Below are positions 1 through 8,911 of a DNA stretch of 64,000 nt, piece after piece; within the stretch, counting starts at the first letter, position 1, and every line of letters starts with the position of its first letter. The position numbers and the translations under genes were made by a program. The notes beneath the pieces are model-generated. The model was given only the letters and a program-made list of their open reading frames with translations, was not told the DNA's origin and searched no databases. This DNA is from an uncultured delta proteobacterium (GTDB taxonomy: Bacteria; Desulfobacterota; Binatia; UBA9968), in NCBI GenBank assembly GCA_963847445.1, contig CAWJZV010000034.1, positions 288,001 through 352,000 on the forward strand, read 5' to 3'.

Positions 1-455
1 TCGTAAGACGGCTTGGCGATGGACGCGATCGGATAGCCGGCCGCGGCAATGGCTTGGCCAAGGAGCTCCCAGTTGCCGATATGTCCGGAAATCAGCACCG
101 CGCCTTTGCCTTCCGCGAGCGTATCATCCAGCACTCGCCGCGCCGCGTCATCCAGTTTAGGCACTGAGCGGTGCAGGCGGGATAGTTCCCAGAGCGATTC
201 GGCGAAATGAACGAACATGCGCCGGGTGATTATCACCGCGTCGAGCTCGGGTAAAACCGCAGTTAGCTGTGCGCGCGCTCGCCGCGCCGCACTGACAAAA
301 ATATGCGGTGCCAGACAACCGACCAGGCGCAGAAAACCGCGCAGCGGCAATACTCGGGCGGCGGCAAATCCCAGCCGCATCAAGCCGTAGAGCAAGTCGT
401 TCTTTACGCGCTGGTGCCAACTCCAGCGGCTGCGCTTTTCTCTCGTCTTTATCAC
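1..455 (-). CDS. Lipid A lauroyl/myristoyl acyltransferase (HtrB/LpxL family), runs off the window edge
   Basis: Manual translation of an open minus frame missing from the ORF track: ...LDDTLAEGKGAVLISGHIGNWELLGQAIAAAGYPIASIAKPSY; HxGNWE motif; start (GTG ~455) uncertain. Confidence 0.8.
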   Translation of the reverse strand, partial: MIKTREKRSRWSWHQRVKNDLLYGLMRLGFAAARVLPLRGFLRLVGCLAPHIFVSAARRARAQLTAVLPELDAVIITRRMFVHFAESLWELSRLHRSVPKLDDAARRVLDDTLAEGKGAVLISGHIGNWELLGQAIAAAGYPIASIAKPSY

Positions 456-573
456 GGTCAAACATTAGCACGGCTTAGCCGAACCTCATAACTCATGTAA
501 GCATGATCAGTTACGACGTAAGAGTGCGTTTCAATGGGCCCTCGTTTTGGATGCCGACGTTGAGGGCAGGGAT

Positions 574-595
574 GGGGCGCAATTGATTGCGCCCC
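574..595. repeat. REP-like palindrome GGGGCGCAAT-tg-ATTGCGCCCC
   Basis: Perfect 10-bp inverted repeat in intergenic DNA. Confidence 0.5.
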
Positions 596-600
596 AGGAT

Positions 601-858
601 TCACGGGCCGTGGTACTTGAGGTTCTTGTGAAGTGAAACCGTCGGCACTTCAAACGAAGTCCGCTCAGCCATCCCGTCCCAAACTAACTGCGAAGCGAGA
701 ATTGGACCGTAAGCGCAAGTCTTCTTCCCGCTCTCCTTATCCGCCGCCGACGTGTTCAAATCCACCGGCGGATTGTTCGCCCGCTGCTTGCCCTTGTGCG
801 CGTACTGGTCAATCGGCTTTTTCTTTGCGATGCTCGCCGGCTTCTTTGCCTTGGCCAT
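601..858 (-). pseudogene. N-terminal remnant of a site-specific adenine DNA methyltransferase (type III Mod-like)
   Basis: KQRANNPPV...KKTCAYGP..ASQLVWDGMAERTSFEVPTVSLH resembles the conserved N-terminus of these enzymes; ends at 85 aa with no catalytic motifs; GGGAG RBS upstream. Confidence 0.65.
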
Positions 859-955
859 TTACTCTCCCCAATACAGGTTTAGAGATTCAGCGCTGAAAAT
901 TGTCCGATCTTACGCGATGCGCTAGCAGCCTTACAAGTCTCGACCTGCGGTTGCG

Positions 956-1357
956 TTGACATCGGGAATGGCACGGCTTAAGACTGACTTGATGCTGGTT
1001 TCTTCGCAGTACCGGGCGGTCGTTCAACTCCTCGCGCTAACGCTTCATACCTTTCTTCTTGGCATTGTTGTCCTCGCTTCGGTTCCCCAGGTCTCGGATC
1101 GAGATGGGGACTATCGACCGGCGCAGGCGAGTCGGCTAGCTGCATTGCACGATCAGATTGACGGCAGGGCGCTCAACCGCGGGGTAAAACCTTATGACAG
1201 CCCGAGCCCTGGGGCGTTCTTTGCGTCGGCTCGTTTCCGTCAGGCTCAGGTCCAACAAGCGGCGCTGTTCGGTTTCCATATAAATGATGGTTTTTATCGC
1301 CAACCTTCGCTGGGGTTTCTGCCGATCCGTTCTCCGCCTTTCCAACTTCCTCTGTAA
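956..1357 (+). CDS. Hypothetical protein with one hydrophobic segment
   Basis: 133-aa ORF ending ...IRSPPFQLPL; no recognisable family. Confidence 0.3.
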   Translation: MTSGMARLKTDLMLVSSQYRAVVQLLALTLHTFLLGIVVLASVPQVSDRDGDYRPAQASRLAALHDQIDGRALNRGVKPYDSPSPGAFFASARFRQAQVQQAALFGFHINDGFYRQPSLGFLPIRSPPFQLPL

Positions 1358-1546
1358 CTTTCGAGCAGTTTGATAGCGAACGACTGGTCTGGCCCGCCGA
1401 TGCGTGCGAGCGCGGGACGAGTCGTCGCTCGTGGTGCTGTAATGTGATCGAACATCGCCGCGGTCCGCGCGCGCTATTTCACTCGCGAAGAGGCAAAGCT
1501 CTTCGGGGTGAGATGCCGCCGCGCCGTCGGCGAGATAGGAGTCGAA

Positions 1547-1636
1547 ATGTTAGGGGGATTGTCTACCGATACAATTATCGTAATCGGCTTAATGGCTGCC
1601 GCAGTGCTGTTTATCATTTGGGTGAGAAGACAATAG
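1547..1636 (+). CDS. Small single-pass membrane protein, 29 aa (MLGGLSTDTIIVIGLMAAAVLFIIWVRRQ)
   Basis: AGGAG RBS just upstream of ATG; one hydrophobic helix followed by basic RR; below the ORF-track length cutoff. Confidence 0.55.
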   Translation: MLGGLSTDTIIVIGLMAAAVLFIIWVRRQ

Positions 1637-1868
1637 TGTCTCAGGGGCAGCCTTGCTCTCGCTCCGCAAACTAATTCCGGCATGCCCACGCGCACTGGAG
1701 CTGCGTGTGGGCTCGCCAAAAAAGGCGCGCACATGATTCGCACGCACTCCACTTACAATCAATGTCTGCTGCCAAGCCCACTGGTGAAATTTTTCTGTGG
1801 GCGGGCGCGGCGGTGCCGGCGCTGAAAAATTGCTGATTGCCTAAACGGCGTCTTACGCAGTTTTAATC

Positions 1869-1905
1869 TGCATAGATATTAGGCTGCGCGCTCAATTTCT
1901 GGGCA
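1869..1905. promoter_or_regulatory. Tandem 17-bp enhancer-like boxes upstream of the glnK sigma54 promoter
   Basis: TGCATAGATATTAGGCT (1869) and CGCTCAATTTCTGGGCA (1889); similar pairs precede three other sigma54 promoters. Confidence 0.55.
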
Positions 1906-1921
1906 GCGTAGCCGTCATTAA

Positions 1922-2425
<504 letters not shown>

Positions 2426-2455
2426 TAAGTATCAAGCTAACTTGAGGAGGAGATC

Positions 2456-4064
2456 ATGAAAGTTTTACGGTTTAATTTACAGCGATTTAGCTGCGCGTTG
2501 GCGTTGGGAACGCTGCTAATGACGAGTATTTCGTTGGCGCAGGAAGCACCGGCGCCGGCGGAGGTGAAAGTTGAAGCGGCTCCGGCACCCGCTGCGCCGG
2601 CGGAGACGAAGAAGGAAGACCCCCTGGCCAAGCCGGCACAGTTTACCCAGGGGATGCTCGAGCAAATCGGCGGTGCCAAGGTTGCTTTGGACACCATGTG
2701 GACTTTGATCGCCGGCATGCTGGTATTTTTTATGGGTCTGGGTTTTGCCTCGTTGGAATCGGGATTATGCAGGGCGAAGAATACCGTGACGATTCTCGCG
2801 AAAAACTTCATTGTGTTCGCGGTGGCATCCATCGCCTTTTTGCTTGTCGGCTGGGGTTTGATGTTCGGCGACGGCAATCCATTTTTCGGTACGCAAGGAT
2901 TGTGGTTTGTCGGCGGCGCGGACAACAGTCCGGCGACGGGCGGATGCCTACAAAGGCGTTTATTCCTCGATCAACTGGACGGGCGTGCCGCTGTGGACGA
3001 AGTTTTTCTTCCAACTGGTGTTTGCCGGCACGGCGGCGACAATTGTTTCGGGCGCGGTTGCCGAGCGCATCAAGTTCGGGGCTTTTTACATCTTCAGTTT
3101 TGCAATGGTCGCGCTTATCTATCCGGTCGTGGGGCACTGGATTTGGGGCGGCGGCTGGCTCGCCAAGCTTGGCATGTTCGATTTCGCGGGCTCGACGGTG
3201 GTTCATTCGGTCGGCGGTTGGGCGGCATTGACCGGAGCCATAGTTCTCGGGCCCCGCATTGGCAAATTTAATCGCGACGGAAAGCCCTTGCCGATCCCTG
3301 GCCACAGCATCGCGATGGCGACCATCGGCGTATTCGTGCTCTGGTTCGGTTGGTTCGGATTCAATCCAGGCAGCACCATGGCCGCTGATGCCGGCGCTAT
3401 CGGCCGCATCGCCGTGGCGACTAACACCGCGGCGGCCGCGGCGGCAATCTCCGCCTCGATCACAGCGTGGTTGTTTTTGGGCAAGCCTGATCTGACGATG
3501 ATCTTAAACGGCGCTTTGGCAGGTTTGGTTGCAATCACTGCCCCCTGCGCATTCGTCAGTATCCCAAGTTCGCTCGTCATCGGTCTGTTCTCTGGCGCGT
3601 TGGTTGTGCTCGCGGTGCTCTTTTTCGACAAAATTAAGATTGACGATCCAGTCGGCGCGACCTCCGTGCATTTGGTCTGCGGCGTATTCGGCACCATCTG
3701 TGTCGGTCTATTCGCCCAGGATCAGTTCACTCCAGGTACCACTGGAAACGGTTTGTTCTTCGGTGGGGGCACCAAATTGTTATTTGCGCAGCTTGCGGGC
3801 GTAGTAGGTGTCGGCGGCTTTGTCTTGGTCTCTTCGCTAATCATTTGGAAGATAATTGACGCGACCATCGGTGTCCGGGTATCGGCAGAAGAAGAAATCG
3901 AAGGTTTGGATGTTGGCGAGCACGGCAACATCGCTTACCCGGACTTTGCCTCGACGTCATCCAGTAGTTTTCGATCCCAAATGGGCAGCGGTAGCGGTTC
4001 AGTGGCCCAGTACGAGCCTCAGACGGCTCCGGTCCTCGCTACACAAAGCGGCAGCAAGTCTTAG
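2456..4064 (+). CDS. amtB: Ammonium transporter AmtB (one frameshift near 2940)
   Basis: Two overlapping ORFs give LDTMWTLIAGMLVFFM, GAVAER, DFAGSTVVH, WFGWFGFN and DDPV motifs; signal-peptide-like N-terminus. Confidence 0.93.
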
Positions 4065-4090
4065 GATCGCTGCAGGTGCGGCGCAAGTTC

Positions 4091-4136
4091 GACAGAACCG
4101 GGACGCGCGCCTCGGGTTCGCCATCCCGGTTCTGTC
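4091..4136 (+). other. Strong stem-loop between amtB and glnA
   Basis: GACAGAACCGGGA...TCCCGGTTCTGTC, 13-bp stem, no long U-tract. Confidence 0.6.
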
Positions 4137-4193
4137 TTAAGTGAAACTGACAACCACCAGGATTGTTAATATAGACAAGGAGTGGAGAAAAAC

Positions 4194-5610
4194 ATGTCCG
4201 TAAAAGACGCCCTAGAGATGGCGAAGAAGAACAAAGTAGAGATCGTCGATTTCAAGTTTATCGACGTGCCCGGGCTGTGGCAGCATTTTTCGATTCCCGC
4301 AACGGATTTCGACGCCGATAAGTTCGAACAAGGGTTGGGCTTTGACGGTTCGAGCATCCGCGGCTTTCAGAGCATCAACGAATCGGACATGATCCTGATC
4401 CCCGATCCCGACACCGCGATGATGGATCCGTTCACCGAACATCCCACCCTAAGCTTTGTCTGTAACGTGTTGGATGCGATCACCCGCCAGCCCTATTCCC
4501 GCGATCCCCGCTATATCACTCAGAAAGCCGAGAAGTATCTAAAGTCCACCGGCTTGGCCGACATCAGCTACTGGGGTCCCGAGATCGAGTTCTTTATCTT
4601 CGACAGCATCCGCTTCGACCAGAACCACCATGAAGGCTACTATCACATCGACTCCAGCGAAGGGTTCTGGAACTCCGGCAACGCCGACGGCCCCAATCTG
4701 GGCAACAAGATTCGTTACAAAGAAGGTTACTACCCGGTTCCGCCGATGGATCAGTATCAAGACCTGCGCTCCCAGATGGTGCTCAACTTAGAGAAATGCG
4801 GCATCAAGATCGAAGTGCATCACCACGAAGTCGCCACCGGCGGCCAGACCGAGATCGACATGCGCTTTGACACCATGACCAAGATGGCCGACAAGGTGCT
4901 GCTGTATAAGTATGTGGTTAAGAACACCGCCAAGCAAAGAGGCAAAGTGGTCACCTGTATGCCCAAGCCGCTGTTTCAGGACAATGGTTCCGGCATGCAC
5001 TGTCACCAGAGCTTGTGGAAGTCGGGGAAGAATATTTTCTACGACAAGAAGGGCTATGGCCTGATCAGCGAGACCGCCAGACACTACATTGGCGGCCTGC
5101 TCAAGCACGCCCACGCGCTGTGCGCCTTCATCGCGCCGACGACCAACTCCTACCGCAGACTGGTGCCCGGCTACGAAGCGCCGATCAACTTGGTCTACTC
5201 GGCGCGAAACCGCAGCGCCTGTGTGCGTATTCCCATGTACTCGACCAGCGAGAAGGCCAAGCGGCTGGAGTTTCGCACTCCTGACCCGAGCGCCAATCCG
5301 TACCTCGCCTTTCCGGCGATGTTGATGGCGGGGTTGGACGGGATTAGAAACAAGATCGAGCCGCCGAAACCGATCGACAAGAACTTGTACGAATTGGAAC
5401 CCGAAGAGGCCGCCAAGGTGAAGTCGATGCCGGGATCGCTGGACCAGGCCCTCGATGCCTTGGAGAAGGATCATGATTTCCTACTCAAGGGCGATGTCTT
5501 CACCAAGGACGTGATCGAGACCTGGCTGGAGTACAAACGCAAGCATGAGGTCGATGCCATCCGGCTTAAGACCCCATCCTTGGGAGTTCGCTCTCTATTT
5601 CGATATCTAA
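4194..5610 (+). CDS. glnA: Glutamine synthetase type I (frameshift near 5566 masks the C-terminus [13 protein letters not shown])
   Basis: [35 protein letters not shown], adenylylation-site motif NLYEL; canonical end lies in the alternative frame with TAA at 5608-5610. Confidence 0.95.
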
Positions 5611-5691
5611 AAAATGGCTGGGCACAGTGGACTGAGGGACGAAGTCCGCTCAGTCCACTGTGCTTTTGATGGAGTAACTTTTGGGGGACCC

Positions 5692-6438
5692 ATGGGTGAG
5701 GTCGTCGTTTTTCAGCATGACCCATTCGAAGATTTGGGTTTCTTCGCCGAAGTTTTTGAAAAACAGCACGCCGCTTATCGTGTGGTCCGCTTGTTCCACG
5801 GTGAAATGCCAGAGGAGAACTGGGAACAGGTCAAGGCGCTGATCATTCTCGGCGGGCCGATGAACGTCGACGACGAAACCAGGTTGCCGATTCTCCGCTG
5901 GGAAAAGCGCATCATTCGCGCTGCCATCGATGAAGCGGTGCCGGTTCTAGGAATTTGTTTAGGCGCGCAGTTGATTGCCACGACTCTCGGTGCTGCGGTG
6001 TTTCACGGCGCGGTTAAAGAGATCGGCTGGAGTCCGATTTCGATCACGCCCCATGGCCAGGTCGATTCCTTACTCGGCTATCTGCCGGAGAATGCGACGG
6101 TGTTCCAGTGGCATGGCGACGGCTTCGAGCTGCCAGCGGGGGCGATTTTGTTGGCGTCGTCACAGCACTATCGCACCCAGGCATTTCGCCTCGGCAAGAC
6201 TATTTACGGCTTGCAATTTCATCTCGAGGTGACGCCGCGCATGATCGAACGCTGGCTCGATGAGCGTTCCAAAGACCTGGCGCTGTCGCCCTACGTGCAG
6301 CCGGACAAAATCATGGCCGATACGCAAAATTATGCGCCGGCGCTGAAATACTATGGCGAGCGCTTTCTATCCGAGTTTCTCCGGCGCGTCGCTCGCTCGA
6401 AAAGCCGCAAAACGGACGGCGGGATGGTTTCGCTATGA
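5692..6438 (+). CDS. Class I glutamine amidotransferase-like protein
   Basis: ILGGPM, GICLGAQ nucleophile elbow, QWHGD, QFHLE: Cys-His-Glu triad present. Confidence 0.9.
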   Translation: MGEVVVFQHDPFEDLGFFAEVFEKQHAAYRVVRLFHGEMPEENWEQVKALIILGGPMNVDDETRLPILRWEKRIIRAAIDEAVPVLGICLGAQLIATTLGAAVFHGAVKEIGWSPISITPHGQVDSLLGYLPENATVFQWHGDGFELPAGAILLASSQHYRTQAFRLGKTIYGLQFHLEVTPRMIERWLDERSKDLALSPYVQPDKIMADTQNYAPALKYYGERFLSEFLRRVARSKSRKTDGGMVSL

Positions 6439-7022
6439 AGAAGGTGCTGGTTATCGATGATCATGAACCTTCGCGCCGTCAACTGATTCAAAGTCTGCAC
6501 GGCTGCGGTTATCAGATCGCCGCCGAGGGTTCCAGCGGCAGGGTGGCGTCGGCGCTGGCGCGTGCTTCGGCTGCTGAAGTCATTGTCATGGCCGTGGGCT
6601 TGGTGGATCTCGATGGTATCGACGCGGCGCGAGAGATCATGCAGTCCGACCCGCTGCCGATCGTGCTGGTCACGAGTCATGCCGATCCTTCGACGGTCGC
6701 GCGCGCGACTAATGCTGGCGTGATGAGTTATCTGGTCAAACCCCTGCGCGTCGAAGAGCTCGCGCCGGCGATCGAGCTCGCCGTCAGCCGCTTTCGTGAA
6801 TTTGTTTCCTTGCGCGACGAAGTCTCCACGCTCAAGCTCAATCTCGAAGAACGCAAGTTAATCGAGCGCGCCAAAGGGTTGTTGATGGAGCAGCGTCATC
6901 TTTCCGAAGAGCGCGCCTATTCGTTGATGAAAAAGGCCAGCATGAACATGCGCAAGCCGATGTCGGACATCGCCCAGGCGATCTTACTCGCCGGCGGACT
7001 GCTTACCGAGACCAATCCCTGA
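6435..7022 (+). CDS. Receiver-ANTAR transcription antiterminator (NasT/AmiR-like, atypical receiver)
   Basis: REC fold (VLVIDD, IVLVT, YLVKP) plus ANTAR motif LEERKLIERAKGLLM...SEERAY..MKKASM; VIVMA where the phosphoacceptor Asp is expected. Confidence 0.92.
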   Translation: MKKVLVIDDHEPSRRQLIQSLHGCGYQIAAEGSSGRVASALARASAAEVIVMAVGLVDLDGIDAAREIMQSDPLPIVLVTSHADPSTVARATNAGVMSYLVKPLRVEELAPAIELAVSRFREFVSLRDEVSTLKLNLEERKLIERAKGLLMEQRHLSEERAYSLMKKASMNMRKPMSDIAQAILLAGGLLTETNP

Positions 7023-7040
7023 ATTTAACGCTTTTCGCCA

Positions 7041-7116
7041 TTCACCGCAGAAACGCAAAGCTTTCGAGCGGTGTCCAATCTTGACTTCTCTGTGGTGGTT
7101 GCGCCTCCGTGGTGAA
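7041..7116. repeat. Imperfect inverted-repeat element (TTCACCGCAGAAACGCAAAG...GCGCCTCCGTGGTGAA)
   Basis: Complementary ends built from degenerate ~9-nt units; sits after the ANTAR gene. Confidence 0.5.
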
Positions 7117-7149
7117 ACATCTTCTAGTTGCAGCACAGCCGCCTCTGGC

Positions 7150-7188
7150 TGCTTGTTGTTTAGGCATCTCGTGACTGATGAACAGGCG
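7150..7188. promoter_or_regulatory. Tandem 17-bp enhancer-like boxes
   Basis: TGCTTGTTGTTTAGGCA (7150) and TGACTGATGAACAGGCG (7172). Confidence 0.55.
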
Positions 7189-7248
7189 ACGATTATTAAC
7201 AGAATATTAAAACGTCATGATATCGCGATGTTTCTGATTGCTGGCAAG

Positions 7249-7263
7249 TGGCACAGCGGTTGC
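7249..7263 (+). promoter_or_regulatory. Sigma54 promoter
   Basis: TGGCAC-AGCGG-TTGC. Confidence 0.85.
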
Positions 7264-7278
7264 GTTGTCAGGTAAGCG

Positions 7279-7343
7279 AGGGCGAAGTAGCCCTGGGTCG
7301 AGCAAAGGCGCTCACCGGTGAGCCGGTGGAGCGCCTTTTTTTT
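7279..7343 (+). promoter_or_regulatory. ANTAR-target dual hairpin overlapping an intrinsic terminator (attenuator 1)
   Basis: P1 AGGGC-gaagta-GCCCT; P2 GAGC-aaaggc-GCTC; terminator AAAGGCGCTCACCGG-tgag-CCGGTGGAGCGCC followed by T8. Confidence 0.85.
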
Positions 7344-7356
7344 GGAGAATAAGAAA

Positions 7357-7551
7357 ATGAACACGAAGAAGTCTGCAACCGACAAGATCTTCGACAACAT
7401 TATTTTCCTGGCCGATGTCTTTGGCGACCTGGCGGACAAGGATATCCCGCCATTGCCGGTGTTGGAGATGGCGCGCTGTTTCGAGCTTGCGCCGGCCTAC
7501 GTCGTTCGCGCCAGCCGGCGCCGGCGGAAAGACTGGCCGCTATGGAATTAG
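7357..7551 (+). CDS. Hypothetical 64-aa protein
   Basis: GGAG RBS; first ORF after the attenuator; overlaps the next gene; basic C-terminus RRRRKDWPLWN. Confidence 0.55.
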   Translation: MNTKKSATDKIFDNIIFLADVFGDLADKDIPPLPVLEMARCFELAPAYVVRASRRRRKDWPLWN

Positions 7552-7895
7552 CACCGGTGCAATATCGCCTTACCGAAGTGTCGGGTTGGGTGATCGTGAC
7601 GCCTTCGGGGAAGGCTGAAAACAATGAACCGCTGCGGGTGCGCTATTTGTTTCGCCGCTGGCTGACACGCCAGGGAATTCGAGTCATCGTCAACCTGAAG
7701 CAACTCGAGCAGTTCGGCGTGTGGGAAGTGGGCGTGCTGACATCGTTCAAACGCGAAGTCGACCAGCGCGTCGGGATGCTGCGGCTGTGCCACCTCAATC
7801 CGGAACTGAAGGGATATTTTCACGACGATCGGTTCACCGAGCAGTTTGAAATCTTCGATGACCTCGAAGAAGCCATGATGGCAGGAAAGCATTGA
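7542..7895 (+). CDS. STAS-domain (anti-anti-sigma-like) protein
   Basis: WVIVTPSG...RVIVNLKQLEQFG..EVGVL....GMLRLCHLNPEL...FEIFDDLEEA follows the SpoIIAA pattern. Confidence 0.75.
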   Translation: MELAPVQYRLTEVSGWVIVTPSGKAENNEPLRVRYLFRRWLTRQGIRVIVNLKQLEQFGVWEVGVLTSFKREVDQRVGMLRLCHLNPELKGYFHDDRFTEQFEIFDDLEEAMMAGKH

Positions 7896-8662
7896 CGGCA
7901 ATGGGACAAATGCCTGACGCGGTTAACGAACTCAATCCGGGGATTTTTCAGATTCGCGGCCTCAAAGGCAGCAGTCATAGTTACGTTCTCAAAGGCGATT
8001 ACATGAACGTGATGATCGACACCGGTTCGGATCAAAACTTTCCGGTGCTGGAGCGCGGCTTGCGCCATATCGGCATGAAGGTGCGCGACGTCAACCTGGT
8101 GATCAACTCGCACGAGCATTGCGATCATATTGGCGCCAATCGTTACTTTCAGGAAACCGCGATGATCGCGGCCTATCGTTTGGCCGCGTCGAAGATGACT
8201 ACCGGCGATTACTACGTGACCATGTACAAGGGCAACGATCTGAACGAACCGCCGATGCGGGTGCATCTGTGGTTGGAGAATATGACGCGCATCGACCTGG
8301 GCAATTATACGCTGCGCGTCTTTCACACGCCGGGTCACACTTCCGGCTGCATTTCGATCATCGAGAGCACCTGCGGTCTGCTGTTTTCCGCCGACAGCGT
8401 GTTCGCCGGCGGCACGCTCTCCTACATCGCCGAGAGCGGTAGTATCGGCGACTACCTCGACTCGCTGGCGCGGCTGCGCAGTTTCAGTCTGAAGGCGCTC
8501 TATCCCGGTCATGGGCGAGTGTCGGCGACGCCGATCGAAGATATTGATCGCGCGGTCGCCAACGCGCAACTGTTGCTGGAAACAAAGAACAACGAGAAGG
8601 TCGACATTTTCTATCAGAATGCGCATGAGAATTCCGATGCAATGGCAGGGATGGTGTTGTAA
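7892..8662 (+). CDS. Metallo-beta-lactamase-fold hydrolase (glyoxalase II-like)
   Basis: IDTG, SHEHCDHIG, HTPGHT, LFSAD, YPGHG metal motifs; true start may be ATG at 7901 or 7910. Confidence 0.9.
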   Translation: MTAMGQMPDAVNELNPGIFQIRGLKGSSHSYVLKGDYMNVMIDTGSDQNFPVLERGLRHIGMKVRDVNLVINSHEHCDHIGANRYFQETAMIAAYRLAASKMTTGDYYVTMYKGNDLNEPPMRVHLWLENMTRIDLGNYTLRVFHTPGHTSGCISIIESTCGLLFSADSVFAGGTLSYIAESGSIGDYLDSLARLRSFSLKALYPGHGRVSATPIEDIDRAVANAQLLLETKNNEKVDIFYQNAHENSDAMAGMVL

Positions 8663-8736
8663 GCGACTAAGAAACGGTTCGTAAAAATATTTACGCTTGC
8701 GGCGCCGAGACGCCGCAAGCACGAGAAGAACGGTCC

Positions 8737-8812
8737 GGGTGTCGACGCTGAAGCCCGCGACCATGGCAATGGCGCCTGATTCCTCAAACGGGATCGAGCG
8801 CCATTTTTATTT
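8737..8812 (+). promoter_or_regulatory. Second ANTAR-type attenuator
   Basis: P2 GGC-aatggc-GCC overlaps terminator stem AATGGCGC...GCGCCATT with TTTTATTT tail; weaker P1 with loop GACGCT. Confidence 0.65.
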
Positions 8813-8839
8813 GCAACGAATGATTAAAGAGGTGACGCG

Positions 8840-8911
8840 ATGATCGAAGAACAGGTTTCCAGCAATAACCAACGACTCGAAGACCAAGAAGCGCGGAAAG
8901 GATTGCCATGA
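8840..8911 (+). CDS. Putative 23-aa leader ORF (MIEEQVSSNNQRLEDQEARKGLP)
   Basis: GAGGTG RBS; ATGA overlap with the downstream gene. Confidence 0.3.
   Translation: MIEEQVSSNNQRLEDQEARKGLP

Noticed and set aside
157-471. 104-aa ORF in the track
   Set aside because: Out-of-frame shadow of the acyltransferase, whose true frame runs off the window start
968-985. TGGCACGG half-site as a sigma54 promoter
   Set aside because: No GC at the -12 position
2930-2945. Programmed frameshift in amtB (also glnA, yhaM)
   Set aside because: No slippery heptamer or stimulator seen; the many scattered indels are better explained by sequencing error
5566-5669. Novel C-terminal extension of GlnA
   Set aside because: The canonical [13 protein letters not shown] is present in the adjacent frame
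7820-8764. 314-aa antisense ORF
   Set aside because: Shadow of the MBL gene, typical of GC-rich codon usage; no motifs
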